DNA from: Candidatus Velthaea sp.
Lineage (GTDB): Bacteria > Vulcanimicrobiota > Vulcanimicrobiia > Vulcanimicrobiales > Vulcanimicrobiaceae
DNA: 64,000 nucleotides
Reading direction: 5' to 3'
NCBI GenBank assembly: GCA_965214935.1
Contig: CBDCCS010000018.1
Location: 224,001 to 288,000 of the forward strand
Shown: positions 28,125 to 37,213 of the stretch, piece after piece
Position numbering within the stretch: position 1 is the first letter of the stretch
Layout: every line of letters starts with the position of its first letter
Notes under the pieces: model-generated
What the model was told of the DNA's origin: nothing
The model's database searches: none
What the model saw: only the letters and a program-made list of their open reading frames with translations
Made by a program: the position numbers and the translations under genes

Positions 28125-28356
28125 GTCTTGGTCGATGAACGCAGCGATGTCAGCGCGGAACGTCTTGTAATCGATTTGCGGCAAATGAGCGGCGAATTTG
28201 TTGTCAAAAGTCGGGATGAACCTTCGTCAGACGATCGAAGTCAGGCGCCCACGGACACGCCATTGCAGGTAATGATAGAGGAGTCGCCACTTTCGAGTAC
28301 ACGAATGATTCGGTACTATCATTGCGCAGTTCGCTTTGCGTGATGATGCGTTCCAT
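28095..28356 (-). pseudogene. Degraded Phd/YefM (VapB-like) antitoxin
   Basis: Read across three frames: MERIITQSELRNDSTE / IRVLESGDSSIITCNGVSVG / LTSIV*RRFIP...LPQIDYKTFRADIAAFIDQD. Fits the ITQxELRNxS..I.R....G....IT.NG..VG pattern. Confidence 0.7.
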
Positions 28357-28558
28357 ATCTGTCTTGCAGCACAAGGCCTGTAAAGCTGGTCGGTTGGGAG
28401 CATGTAGCTGTAGTTTTGATTTCGGCGACGTCCGCCGGTACGAGCCGAAGCAGAATGTTGCCGCCGAGAGTCCTGTTCTGAGGTCATTCCAACGGTCGGC
28501 TGCGCTTGTTTGCAGCGGATATTCTGGCGCGGAAGTGCTTGGGGCACGATCATTCGGC

Positions 28559-30865
28559 CTATTCGTGCGAACTCGACGCCGAAGTACACGACAGCATCGA
28601 GCTGATGGTCGGCGTCGCGGCGACCCCGGCGGCGATCGCGACTGCTCCGCACCGATCCGTCCGAAAGATCGAAGCACCCGCACGGCGCAATGTTTCCAGC
28701 GTGCTTGATGCGGGGTGGCCGAACAGGTTGTGCCGGCCGACGGACACGATCGCAAAGCGCGGATGCACGGCCTCGATGAATGCGGGACTCGACGAATACG
28801 CTGAACCGTGATGCCCGACTTTGAGGATATCGGCGCGCAGGTCGACGCCTTGAACGAGCAGCCGTTCTTCCGATTGAAAACCAGCGTCACCCATGAACAG
28901 CGCGCGCAATATTCCGTATTGCACGAGTACGACAAGCGAGTTCTCGTTCACGTCGTTCGCACCGTCCGTGAACGGAGGCCCGCATGGTGTCAGAAACGTC
29001 AGCTGTACCTCGTCATCGACCCAACGCTGATGGCAAGCCGGCACGATAACCGGTACTCGATGCCTTCGTGCTTCGGCAAGTCCGTCGTTATAAGCGTGCC
29101 CACCATAGCGTTGGCCGCTATCGGCGATCCACCCCACCGGCATCAGCCGTAAAATCCCAGCCGTTCCGCCGACGTGGTCGCCGTGAGGATGCGTCAGGAT
29201 TAGCGCATCGATTGATGTAATACCCGCGCGTTGCAAATACGGTAGCACGATACGCTCGGCGCTTCGTTCGGCCGGCGACTTCCCGTTCACCGGCGGCCCG
29301 CGTTCAAGCTTTCCGCCGGTGTCAATGAGAACCGTCCGGCCATGCGGCGTGCGGATGACCAGTGCGTCACCTTGACCGACGTCGAGCGCGGTGATTGAAA
29401 AGCCGTTGGTGCGTGGCAACCAGGCCGTCAGACCAACAAACGTACACGCGCCGGCGAACACGAACGCAGCGGCGCTCCGCTTGCGCGCAATCAGTGCAGC
29501 GCAAACAACGACGGCTCCATCGTACGCAGCAATCGCCCATGCCGGAGGCGGTGTCAGGCGCAAACGCGCGCCGGGGAGCTGCGCGATTGCATGCGTCGTC
29601 AAAAGCACCGCTGCAAGCAGCCACGTCGTCCAACTCGCAAAGACCGCGCTCAACGTAACGACGGGATGCGTGACGATTGTTGCAATGCCGCCGAGCAACA
29701 CGAGGCTGACGGTGGGAACAACGATCGCGTTTGCGAGCATCGCGTACGGCGCAACGTTAAAAAAGGTAGCAGCGGTCAGCGGCCAGACGCCGACCTGCGT
29801 TGCAAAAGTCAGCGCAAGCCCTTCGGCAATAACATGCGGCACCCGAAAAGCGGCTAATCGTTCGGTAAGCGGTTGCGCAAATAGCACGATCGCAGCGACG
29901 CATGAGAACGAAAGAACGAACGAGATACTTTGCACGGCGACGGGCCGAAATGCGGCGACCACGATCGCGGCAACGGCAAGGCTATTGAGCGACAGCGCAC
30001 GCGCACCGCATGCACGCGCAATCAACGCGATCGTTATCATCACGGCTGCACGTTGCGAGGGCAGATGCCACCCGCTCAACCAAGCATAGCTAAAGATTAG
30101 CGGGATGGTCGCCAAAGCCGCACCGATACGCGGCAGTTGCAATAGTGCGAAGACCGTCGTCGCGAGTGCGGCAATGACGCCCAGATGCAGTCCGGCGGTC
30201 ACTAAAACATGGACCGTGCCGGTCGCCTGAAAGTCGTCGCGAACATCTTGCGGCAAACTGCCGCGCTCGCCCCACAGCGCGCCGGCAAGCACCGTCGCTT
30301 CCGGCTCCGGCAGCGCGCGCCGAACGTACGCCGAAAGCATTTCGCGGCACAGCGCCGCCCAAATCCGCGGATCGCTGCGGTCCGGCGGCTCACGCTTAAG
30401 AATGCGCTGTATCGCTAACTCGCCGATCATTCCGTCATCGAGTGCAATGGCTCGCGCCGACGGTTCGCCCGGATTGCGCGGCTCGTCGATGGGCGAAATT
30501 CGCGCGCGGACGGTCAAACGTTCGCCGGCACGTACTCGCTGGGTGCCGACGGCATGCAGCGTGCCGACGCCGTCGACCGTCAAGGCATACGCATACGCGC
30601 CGCCTTCCGATCGAACGTCGCTTACCACGACACCGCTGTAGCGCGCCGTCGGACGCTCGCGATCGACAACCGCCGGATGTCCCCAGATCGCAGAAACGGC
30701 AAGCCCGATAAGCCCGCTTAACGCGACGTCACGCCGGAAAGCGGCGATCGCGATCGCGCACACAGCTGCGCTAAGCGTTACGCCGCGTTGTTCTGCGACG
30801 ATCGCTGCGAGAAGAGCGATTGCCGGCAACAGTAGCGGTGCGCGAATCATGCGAGCGACTATCAC
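28559..30865 (-). CDS. comEC: DNA internalization competence protein ComEC/Rec2
   Basis: RNPGE, HVLVTAGLH, SQRAAVM, DVGQGDA, THPHGDHVGG, NENSLV, LKVGHHGS, FGHP, RTD. Confidence 0.95.
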   Translation of the reverse strand: MIVARMIRAPLLLPAIALLAAIVAEQRGVTLSAAVCAIAIAAFRRDVALSGLIGLAVSAIWGHPAVVDRERPTARYSGVVVSDVRSEGGAYAYALTVDGVGTLHAVGTQRVRAGERLTVRARISPIDEPRNPGEPSARAIALDDGMIGELAIQRILKREPPDRSDPRIWAALCREMLSAYVRRALPEPEATVLAGALWGERGSLPQDVRDDFQATGTVHVLVTAGLHLGVIAALATTVFALLQLPRIGAALATIPLIFSYAWLSGWHLPSQRAAVMITIALIARACGARALSLNSLAVAAIVVAAFRPVAVQSISFVLSFSCVAAIVLFAQPLTERLAAFRVPHVIAEGLALTFATQVGVWPLTAATFFNVAPYAMLANAIVVPTVSLVLLGGIATIVTHPVVTLSAVFASWTTWLLAAVLLTTHAIAQLPGARLRLTPPPAWAIAAYDGAVVVCAALIARKRSAAAFVFAGACTFVGLTAWLPRTNGFSITALDVGQGDALVIRTPHGRTVLIDTGGKLERGPPVNGKSPAERSAERIVLPYLQRAGITSIDALILTHPHGDHVGGTAGILRLMPVGWIADSGQRYGGHAYNDGLAEARRHRVPVIVPACHQRWVDDEVQLTFLTPCGPPFTDGANDVNENSLVVLVQYGILRALFMGDAGFQSEERLLVQGVDLRADILKVGHHGSAYSSSPAFIEAVHPRFAIVSVGRHNLFGHPASSTLETLRRAGASIFRTDRCGAVAIAAGVAATPTISSMLSCTSASSSHE

Positions 30866-30916
30866 GCCGCAATCAATAGTGACTACTTGTCTAAAGCGGT
30901 CGTTCGGAACCGCCGG

Positions 30917-32773
30917 CTAATCGGGCGTTGTCGCGTTGGCCTTAACGATCGCGACGTGCGGCTGCGACAAGGTGCGGTGTGTTGACAGAAAGGCGACCGA
31001 TCGAACTTCGTAGTCTTGTCCGGGCTCGACCGCCAACGACGATACGTTGCCCTGCAACCTTGTCCGGAACATCGCCTCCGCGTCGCTCTGGCTCGTTGGA
31101 GCCGGGTCGACGACGATTCCATCAGACGCGGTTGCAGCGCTAATCTGTTCGATGACGGACGTTCCATCCGTAAAAGTAAACTTCAACGCCGGCAGCGTGA
31201 CCCTCCACAGAACCGAATGCATCCGTCCGCGAGGCGTTAATTCTAAATCGATTCGAGCTACGATGAAATTATCGCGCTTGGTATCCGGTAGGAGAAAGAG
31301 CTTTCGTCGTGTTTGGACTTGCAGCGGCCGGTCCCGACAGTTGTCGGCCGACCTGGCGAGCTCGACGAATCGTCGGCCGTCATTGCTGGTGACCGTTCCC
31401 CGTGCACGATATCGACAGAGTAATCCGCGGATTACCAGCGGGGCGTCAGCAAAGGCATACCGATTGCCGATCGTGGTAAAGCGGTATAAGATCGTGTCCG
31501 CTCCGCGCGCCGCAAGTGCGGCCGCGTCGAGATTGTCGAGAAGCGGTGTATAGGCGAGCATGAGCTGAAACATCGGCAATGGCCGATAGATCCCGTCGGA
31601 CAGGATAGCCGTGACGCTATCGGCCGGAAGCGCGTCGATCGTGTGGCCGCTCCAGCGCGGCTCGGGATTTCTAATTGCCGCGCCGGCAACGTCCGGTGGC
31701 GTTTGGAGATGATTGACCGAGTCCAACGTAGCGAGATGAATGAGCGCAGCGGCGCCGATGACCGTCGCGACGACGACGTCGCGGCGGCGAATGCTTCGGG
31801 CGATGACATACGCGGCAATAAGAGCTACGGTTGCGTAGAGATAGACACTATGCTCGACGCCTTGACGGACGATAGTATGTTTCCATCCCGGTATAAGAAT
31901 GCTGCAACAGATACCAGCGACGCGTGACCGTCCCGCGCGGCCCCAACATATGAGAAGTGCGAGGCAAATAACGATCGTGCCCACTGCTGCATGTGTTTCG
32001 TTGGCACGTTGTCCATCCGACATGCCGCCGGTATAACCGACGGCAATATCGATCGAGTTCTCAAAGAATGCTTGAACGGCGCCGTGCATCGATGTATCGT
32101 TGAGCGTAACGAAGGCAATGACGAAGAACGACACCGCCGTAGATCCGATGAGGCTCAAAGCGCGACGCGCATCGCTCCATACGAGTGGCGCGATTGCAAA
32201 GACAATAATAGCGCCGATGTCGATAAACGCAGTTGTCTTTATAGCGATCGCTAGGCCCGCGCAGCAACCCGCCAGCGCGAACGCCGGGTTTGCCCAGATC
32301 GATTTTGGTTCGGTCGTAAGTACCGCAACGAGCGTGATGAAGACGAGCTGATAGTCCGGCTCGATGCCGATGATTCCATGCAGCGCCGGCCAAGCGAAAG
32401 CGCCGGCGGCAAGCGTGTAAACGATAAGGGCAAGCGAAGGCCGGGCGCTGATCGCCGTTAGCCGAACGACGGCGATTCCGCAAGCGATCGCAACAGCCGG
32501 GAGCGCGAGTTGTAGATCGGCTACGTGATATCCGGATACAATGGGGGCACCGATCCAGCCGAGCGGGCCGTACGTGTATGCAAGATCGCGACCGAACACG
32601 AGATGCAGCGAAGAAGCAACCGCCAGCGTATAGCGCCAACAACCGTCGAAGCCGCTGTCGGCGTGTAATGGCGAGCGATAAGACAAGAGACTTGCGCCGA
32701 TACCCGCCATCATCAACACAACCGTGCGAAGGGTCGCGCGCAGGCGCTCGGGCCGAGCCGATGAACCGTTCAC
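30917..32773 (-). CDS. Polytopic membrane protein, possible GT-C-type glycosyltransferase
   Basis: About 10-11 TM segments, N-terminal loop FDGCW...FGRDLAYTYGPLG, soluble C-terminal domain. Confidence 0.7.
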   Translation of the reverse strand: MNGSSARPERLRATLRTVVLMMAGIGASLLSYRSPLHADSGFDGCWRYTLAVASSLHLVFGRDLAYTYGPLGWIGAPIVSGYHVADLQLALPAVAIACGIAVVRLTAISARPSLALIVYTLAAGAFAWPALHGIIGIEPDYQLVFITLVAVLTTEPKSIWANPAFALAGCCAGLAIAIKTTAFIDIGAIIVFAIAPLVWSDARRALSLIGSTAVSFFVIAFVTLNDTSMHGAVQAFFENSIDIAVGYTGGMSDGQRANETHAAVGTIVICLALLICWGRAGRSRVAGICCSILIPGWKHTIVRQGVEHSVYLYATVALIAAYVIARSIRRRDVVVATVIGAAALIHLATLDSVNHLQTPPDVAGAAIRNPEPRWSGHTIDALPADSVTAILSDGIYRPLPMFQLMLAYTPLLDNLDAAALAARGADTILYRFTTIGNRYAFADAPLVIRGLLCRYRARGTVTSNDGRRFVELARSADNCRDRPLQVQTRRKLFLLPDTKRDNFIVARIDLELTPRGRMHSVLWRVTLPALKFTFTDGTSVIEQISAATASDGIVVDPAPTSQSDAEAMFRTRLQGNVSSLAVEPGQDYEVRSVAFLSTHRTLSQPHVAIVKANATTPD

Positions 32774-32936
32774 CGCATCTGGTCGTCCACTTTGCGTAGT
32801 GAATCGCGAACGGAGTTTGTTGAACCTGTGTGCAGGAACTGCTGCTCGGACCTTACGCCCGGACTGCCATCACCTTACATTGCCGCAGCATCAATGTACG
32901 TTGCGTACGCTTAGAGAAATGCGTCCGCGACGGAGG

Positions 32937-33314
32937 TCAGCGGCGGCGCAGCACGACGATGTATGTTAAGCCCGTTCCGCCGACGAGCAGCATCAAGACG
33001 ATCGTTTGCCAAAATTGGTCGTGTCCCAGCGGCGTGATGCGCGCGCCGAACATGCCGACAAGTACGTTGTTGACGACATCGGAAAGACTCGCGGAATGCG
33101 CGGCGGCGATGGCACCTTCAATCCCGATCGTCGCAACGGCAATTTTCCAGCGATGATCGGAACCGGGCGACCCGGTCGCAAGCCGTTTCTGGCGTTGTGC
33201 CGCGACTCGATCGTCGGGCGCTTTTGGGTCCTCGCCGCGAACCGTTACGATGCGCCGGCGTCCGTTCGCGCTGCGCTTGGCCGCAGCAGAGCGACGTCTG
33301 CGGGGACTCGACAA
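32937..33314 (-). CDS. Hypothetical membrane protein
   Basis: Basic N-terminus, hydrophobic segments, ends YIVVLRRR. Starts 6 nt after the upstream small gene; start uncertain. Confidence 0.55.
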   Translation of the reverse strand: MSSPRRRRSAAAKRSANGRRRIVTVRGEDPKAPDDRVAAQRQKRLATGSPGSDHRWKIAVATIGIEGAIAAAHSASLSDVVNNVLVGMFGARITPLGHDQFWQTIVLMLLVGGTGLTYIVVLRRR

Positions 33315-33320
33315 GCCGCG

Positions 33321-33557
33321 TTAGCGGTGTTTGGCTACTTGCGAGGTGGCGAAGAAACCAATCGAAGCTACGAGCAGCGCGACGATCGTAAAGCCGCTAA
33401 CATAGATGCTCTTCGTCGCAAGCTCGAACCCGACGATAGCGACCGCTATCGCAAGTGCGGCAAGTGCGGCGAACAGAAGTTCGCGGCTCGTGTTAAACTT
33501 GACGGCAGTTCGCGCCATAGTTGCCGGTCGGGTCGCCTCGCGCAATGTGACGCTCAT
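33321..33557 (-). CDS. Small 2-TM hypothetical protein
   Basis: LLFAALAALAIAVAIVGF and VSGFTIVALLVASIGFFA. Extended -10 immediately upstream. Confidence 0.6.
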   Translation of the reverse strand: MSVTLREATRPATMARTAVKFNTSRELLFAALAALAIAVAIVGFELATKSIYVSGFTIVALLVASIGFFATSQVAKHR

Positions 33558-33567
33558 CGTGTAGCCG

Positions 33568-33578
33568 ATTATACCACA
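33568..33578 (-). promoter_or_regulatory. Extended -10 promoter TGTGGTATAAT
   Basis: Perfect TG-n-TATAAT, 10 nt upstream of ATG 33557. Confidence 0.6.
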
Positions 33579-33717
33579 AACGCAAAAGACGCCTGCGAAT
33601 GGGCTCGACCGTCCGTCTTTCATCAGCTTCGTCCGCTCGCCAACGCAAAAAAGCCTCGCACCCGAGCGGCTCGGCCGAAGCGAGGGTGACTAACCATCGT
33701 GGCGAACGCGCGGATTT

Positions 33718-34668
33718 ATGCGTATCGTCGTCACCGGCGGAGCCGGTTTTATCGGGTCGCACCTCGTCGATGCGGTCCTCGCCGCCGGGCATGACGTGCT
33801 CGTCGTCGACAGCTTGTGGTCGCACGGCGGCGGGCGGCGCGAGAACGTCCCGGCGGCTGCCGAGTTCGTCGAAATGGACATACGCGATCCCGGCTTGACC
33901 GCAGTCTTCGAGCGATTCAAACCCGATGTCATTTCGCATCATGCCGCGCAGCACAGCGTTGCAATCGGTGCCCGGGATCCGAAGTACGACGCCGACGTCA
34001 ACGTGCTCGGGACGCTCAACGTGCTCGAGGCGGGCGTTAAAGCCGGCGTTCGCAAGGTACTGTTTGCATCGAGTGCTGCGACCTACGGCGACCTCGACCG
34101 AATGCCGGCCGACGAAAACTCAGCGCAGCTGCCGATCTCACCGTACGGTATCACAAAAATGATTACCGAGCATTACCTACGCTTCTATAAGCTGCAACAC
34201 GGTGTCGATTACACGGCTCTGCGCTACGGTAACGTCTTTGGTCCGCGCCAAGATCCCAATGGTGAGGCCGGCGTCATTGCGATTTTTGCTGCGCGGTTCT
34301 TACGCCGCGAAGGCGTGCGCATCGACTCCGACGGCGAGCAAACGCGAGATTACGTTTTCGTCGCCGACGTCGTGCGCGCAAATGTCGCGGCGCTCACGAA
34401 GGGTTCCGGCGAAATTTTTGTGATCGGCGCCGGGCGGACGACGTCGGTCAATCAAATCTATCATGCGCTCGTGAAGGCAACCGGCTTCGAGGCTCCGATC
34501 ATGCACGCACCGCGCCGCGACGGCGACGCGCGCGAGATTTATTTCAATCCGGCGAAAGCCGAGCGCGAGCTAGGTTGGAAGGCCGAAGTGTCGCTGCTCG
34601 ACGGCATGCAGGCAACGGTCGATTTCTTCCGCAGTCAGGCTACCGCAGTCCAGCCAGCTGCATCGTAA
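33718..34668 (+). CDS. NAD-dependent epimerase/dehydratase (UDP-glucose 4-epimerase-like)
   Basis: VTGGAGFIGSH, SPYGITK, LRYGNVFGPRQ, GEQTRDYV. Confidence 0.93.
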   Translation: MRIVVTGGAGFIGSHLVDAVLAAGHDVLVVDSLWSHGGGRRENVPAAAEFVEMDIRDPGLTAVFERFKPDVISHHAAQHSVAIGARDPKYDADVNVLGTLNVLEAGVKAGVRKVLFASSAATYGDLDRMPADENSAQLPISPYGITKMITEHYLRFYKLQHGVDYTALRYGNVFGPRQDPNGEAGVIAIFAARFLRREGVRIDSDGEQTRDYVFVADVVRANVAALTKGSGEIFVIGAGRTTSVNQIYHALVKATGFEAPIMHAPRRDGDAREIYFNPAKAERELGWKAEVSLLDGMQATVDFFRSQATAVQPAAS

Positions 34669-34669
34669 A

Positions 34670-34696
34670 ACAAGCTGAGCCGACGGCTCAGCTTGT
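34670..34696 (+). terminator. Strong hairpin after the epimerase
   Basis: ACAAGCTGAGCC-gac-GGCTCAGCTTGT, 12-bp perfect stem immediately after the stop. Confidence 0.65.
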
Positions 34697-34828
34697 CAGG
34701 TCAAGTCGCCGAATAGTCTAACGTGCGAGATCTCGCGTTGAACGCTCAATGGTCGGACCGGGTTTTTTGGTCGCGACCTCAAGCCACGAACGAAGCATGC
34801 GCCGCGCCGTAAGATCGGGGTCGCGCCG

Positions 34829-37183
34829 GTGATCGACGGCGTTTTACCCGGCGTCTTAACGGCCGCTTCACGTGCACTTTTGCTCGAATCGGTCGTCGTT
34901 CATGCCAATGACGCCGTCGTCATAACCCAAGCCGAGCCGATCGGGCTGCCCGGTCCGCGCATCATTTACGCCAACCCGGCGTTTACGCGCATGACGGGAT
35001 ACACCAGCGCTGAGGTGGTCGGCAAGTCACCACGAATTTTGCAAGGCCCCGAGACGAGCGCTTACTCACGCGCCCGTATCCGCGAGGCGCTGACGGCGTG
35101 GCGGCCGATCGTCATCGAGATGTTCAATTATCGTCGGGACGGCCAGCCGTTTTGGGTCGAATTGAGTATCACTCCGGTTGCCGATGAAACCGGTTATTTC
35201 ACGCATTGGATTTCCGTACAGCGGGACATCACGGAACGCCGCAACGCTGAAGAAGCGGCGACACGCGGTCGAATAGCGGCCGAAAAGCGCATCGCACTGT
35301 TAGCGGAAATCGAACAACGCGAACGGGTCGAAGCGCGCTTAGCGTATTCCGTGGTGCACGATGACCTTACCGGCCTCTACAATCGCTCGCACTTCATCGA
35401 ACGCATCAGCGCGGCCGTAGAACGAACGCATAACGAAAAAGCCGCCTACAGCGTCATCCATCTCGATCTCAACCGGTTCCGCTACGTAAACGATCGGCTC
35501 GGCTATCGCATCGGCGACCGGGTGTTGCGCGATCTCGCCAAACGGGTGCACTTCTTTGCAAGTGCCTCGACGACCGTTGCACGGATCGGCGGTGCGAATT
35601 TCGGCTTGCTCATCGAACACTCCGGAGACACTGCGGATGTGCTGCGCGTCGCCGAAACGTTGCTGCTGGAAATTTCCGCCCGTCCGCCCGTCGATGCGGA
35701 CGACGTCGTTGTTGCCGCAAGCATCGGTATCGTCCATTTGGCTACGGACTATTGGGATGCCGAAGCGGTTTTGCGCGACTCCGATACGGCATTGGTGCGA
35801 GCGCGACAGATTGCCGGCAACGCGTTTGTCGTCTTCACCGGTGAAATGCGCGACGAAGCCGACGTGGCGCTGCACATTCGCAACGACCTGTACGGAGCGG
35901 TCGCGCGAAACGAACTGCGCTTGTATTATCAACCCCTCGTCGACATCGCGCTCAATCGCGTCTACGGTTTTGAAGCTCTGGTTCGATGGCAGCATCCGAC
36001 CCGCGGTCTTGTCTCTCCGGCCGACTTCATCCCGATCGCCGAAGCGACCGGACTCATCATCGAGATCGGACGCTGGGTGCTTTTTGAAAGCTGCCGCATG
36101 GCGCGCGAACTTCAGAGGTGTGGCGCCGGGCCGATCCTCATGAGCATCAACGTTTCGTGTCAGCAATTGCTGCATTCAAATTTCGTTGCCGATTTGCAAG
36201 CCGCAATCGATGCGGCGGACGTCGATCCGGGTGTCCTTCAGCTCGAGATAACCGAGAGTGTTTTTCTCGCCGGCGCCGGGGTCGTCGGTACGCTCTTTAC
36301 GCATATTCGCGCACAGGGCGTACGCATCGCCTTAGACGATTTCGGCACCGGTTACTCGTCGCTCAGCTATCTTGAATCGTTTCAGATCGATACGCTCAAA
36401 ATCGATCAATCGTTCGTCGGGCGCATGGACGATATATCGACGAATTCCGAAATCGTTCGGATGATCATCGGTTTGGCGCATGCGCTGGGCGTCGACGTCG
36501 TAGCCGAGGGCGTCGAGACACGCGCGCAGCGCACGGCGCTTGGGCGGCTCGGCTGCACGCATCTGCAAGGTTATCTTTATAGCCGCCCGTTACCACCGGC
36601 GCATGCTTTGGAGTTGTTGGCCGACGAGAACGTAGCTGCAAGTAAGATCGGCGTGCTGTTGCACGAGGCAATCGACGAACCGGCTCCGGCACCGTTGTCG
36701 CCCTTCCAGCGTGAGGAATTACGCCTTCAAGTGCAGACGGCATTCGACACGCACCGTTCGTGGATGGAACGCTTGCATACCGCGGTTTCGACCGGTCATT
36801 CCGCATTCGATCTCGATCACGTCGCGCGCGAGGACCTGTGTCCGATCGGCATCTGGCTCAATACGACGATTTCGGAAAAATTGCGCCGAATGCCGCTTTA
36901 TTATGTGACCAAAGCACGCCATGCCGTCTTCCATCGCAGCATGGCGCGCTTGCTCGCGGCCGTGAATGCCGGTCAGGCGACGGCGACAACGGCGTTACGT
37001 CGCGACGGAAACATGGCGATGGCCGCAGCTTCGCTCGTCCGCACGCTTCATGATTGGCTCGCAATTGCCGAAGTCGTCGTTCCGCTAGAACGCCCGGCCG
37101 CCGGCGAGATCGAGCCGAGCCGGCACGAGCGTCTCGCCGAGGCGTACCTGATGGCATTTCAACCTCAAGAGCAGTCGGCTTAA
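34829..37183 (+). CDS. PAS(LOV-like)-GGDEF(degenerate)-EAL-CZB protein, probable c-di-GMP phosphodiesterase
   Basis: PAS (GKSPRILQG, NYRRDG, VQRD); GGANF; intact EAL, QLEITE, LDDFGTGYSS, AEGVE; C-terminal HxxW...CPIGIWL...HAVFH. Confidence 0.92.
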   Translation: MIDGVLPGVLTAASRALLLESVVVHANDAVVITQAEPIGLPGPRIIYANPAFTRMTGYTSAEVVGKSPRILQGPETSAYSRARIREALTAWRPIVIEMFNYRRDGQPFWVELSITPVADETGYFTHWISVQRDITERRNAEEAATRGRIAAEKRIALLAEIEQRERVEARLAYSVVHDDLTGLYNRSHFIERISAAVERTHNEKAAYSVIHLDLNRFRYVNDRLGYRIGDRVLRDLAKRVHFFASASTTVARIGGANFGLLIEHSGDTADVLRVAETLLLEISARPPVDADDVVVAASIGIVHLATDYWDAEAVLRDSDTALVRARQIAGNAFVVFTGEMRDEADVALHIRNDLYGAVARNELRLYYQPLVDIALNRVYGFEALVRWQHPTRGLVSPADFIPIAEATGLIIEIGRWVLFESCRMARELQRCGAGPILMSINVSCQQLLHSNFVADLQAAIDAADVDPGVLQLEITESVFLAGAGVVGTLFTHIRAQGVRIALDDFGTGYSSLSYLESFQIDTLKIDQSFVGRMDDISTNSEIVRMIIGLAHALGVDVVAEGVETRAQRTALGRLGCTHLQGYLYSRPLPPAHALELLADENVAASKIGVLLHEAIDEPAPAPLSPFQREELRLQVQTAFDTHRSWMERLHTAVSTGHSAFDLDHVAREDLCPIGIWLNTTISEKLRRMPLYYVTKARHAVFHRSMARLLAAVNAGQATATTALRRDGNMAMAAASLVRTLHDWLAIAEVVVPLERPAAGEIEPSRHERLAEAYLMAFQPQEQSA

Positions 37184-37213
37184 AATGCCGGCGATCGGCG
37201 GATACCGCGTTTC

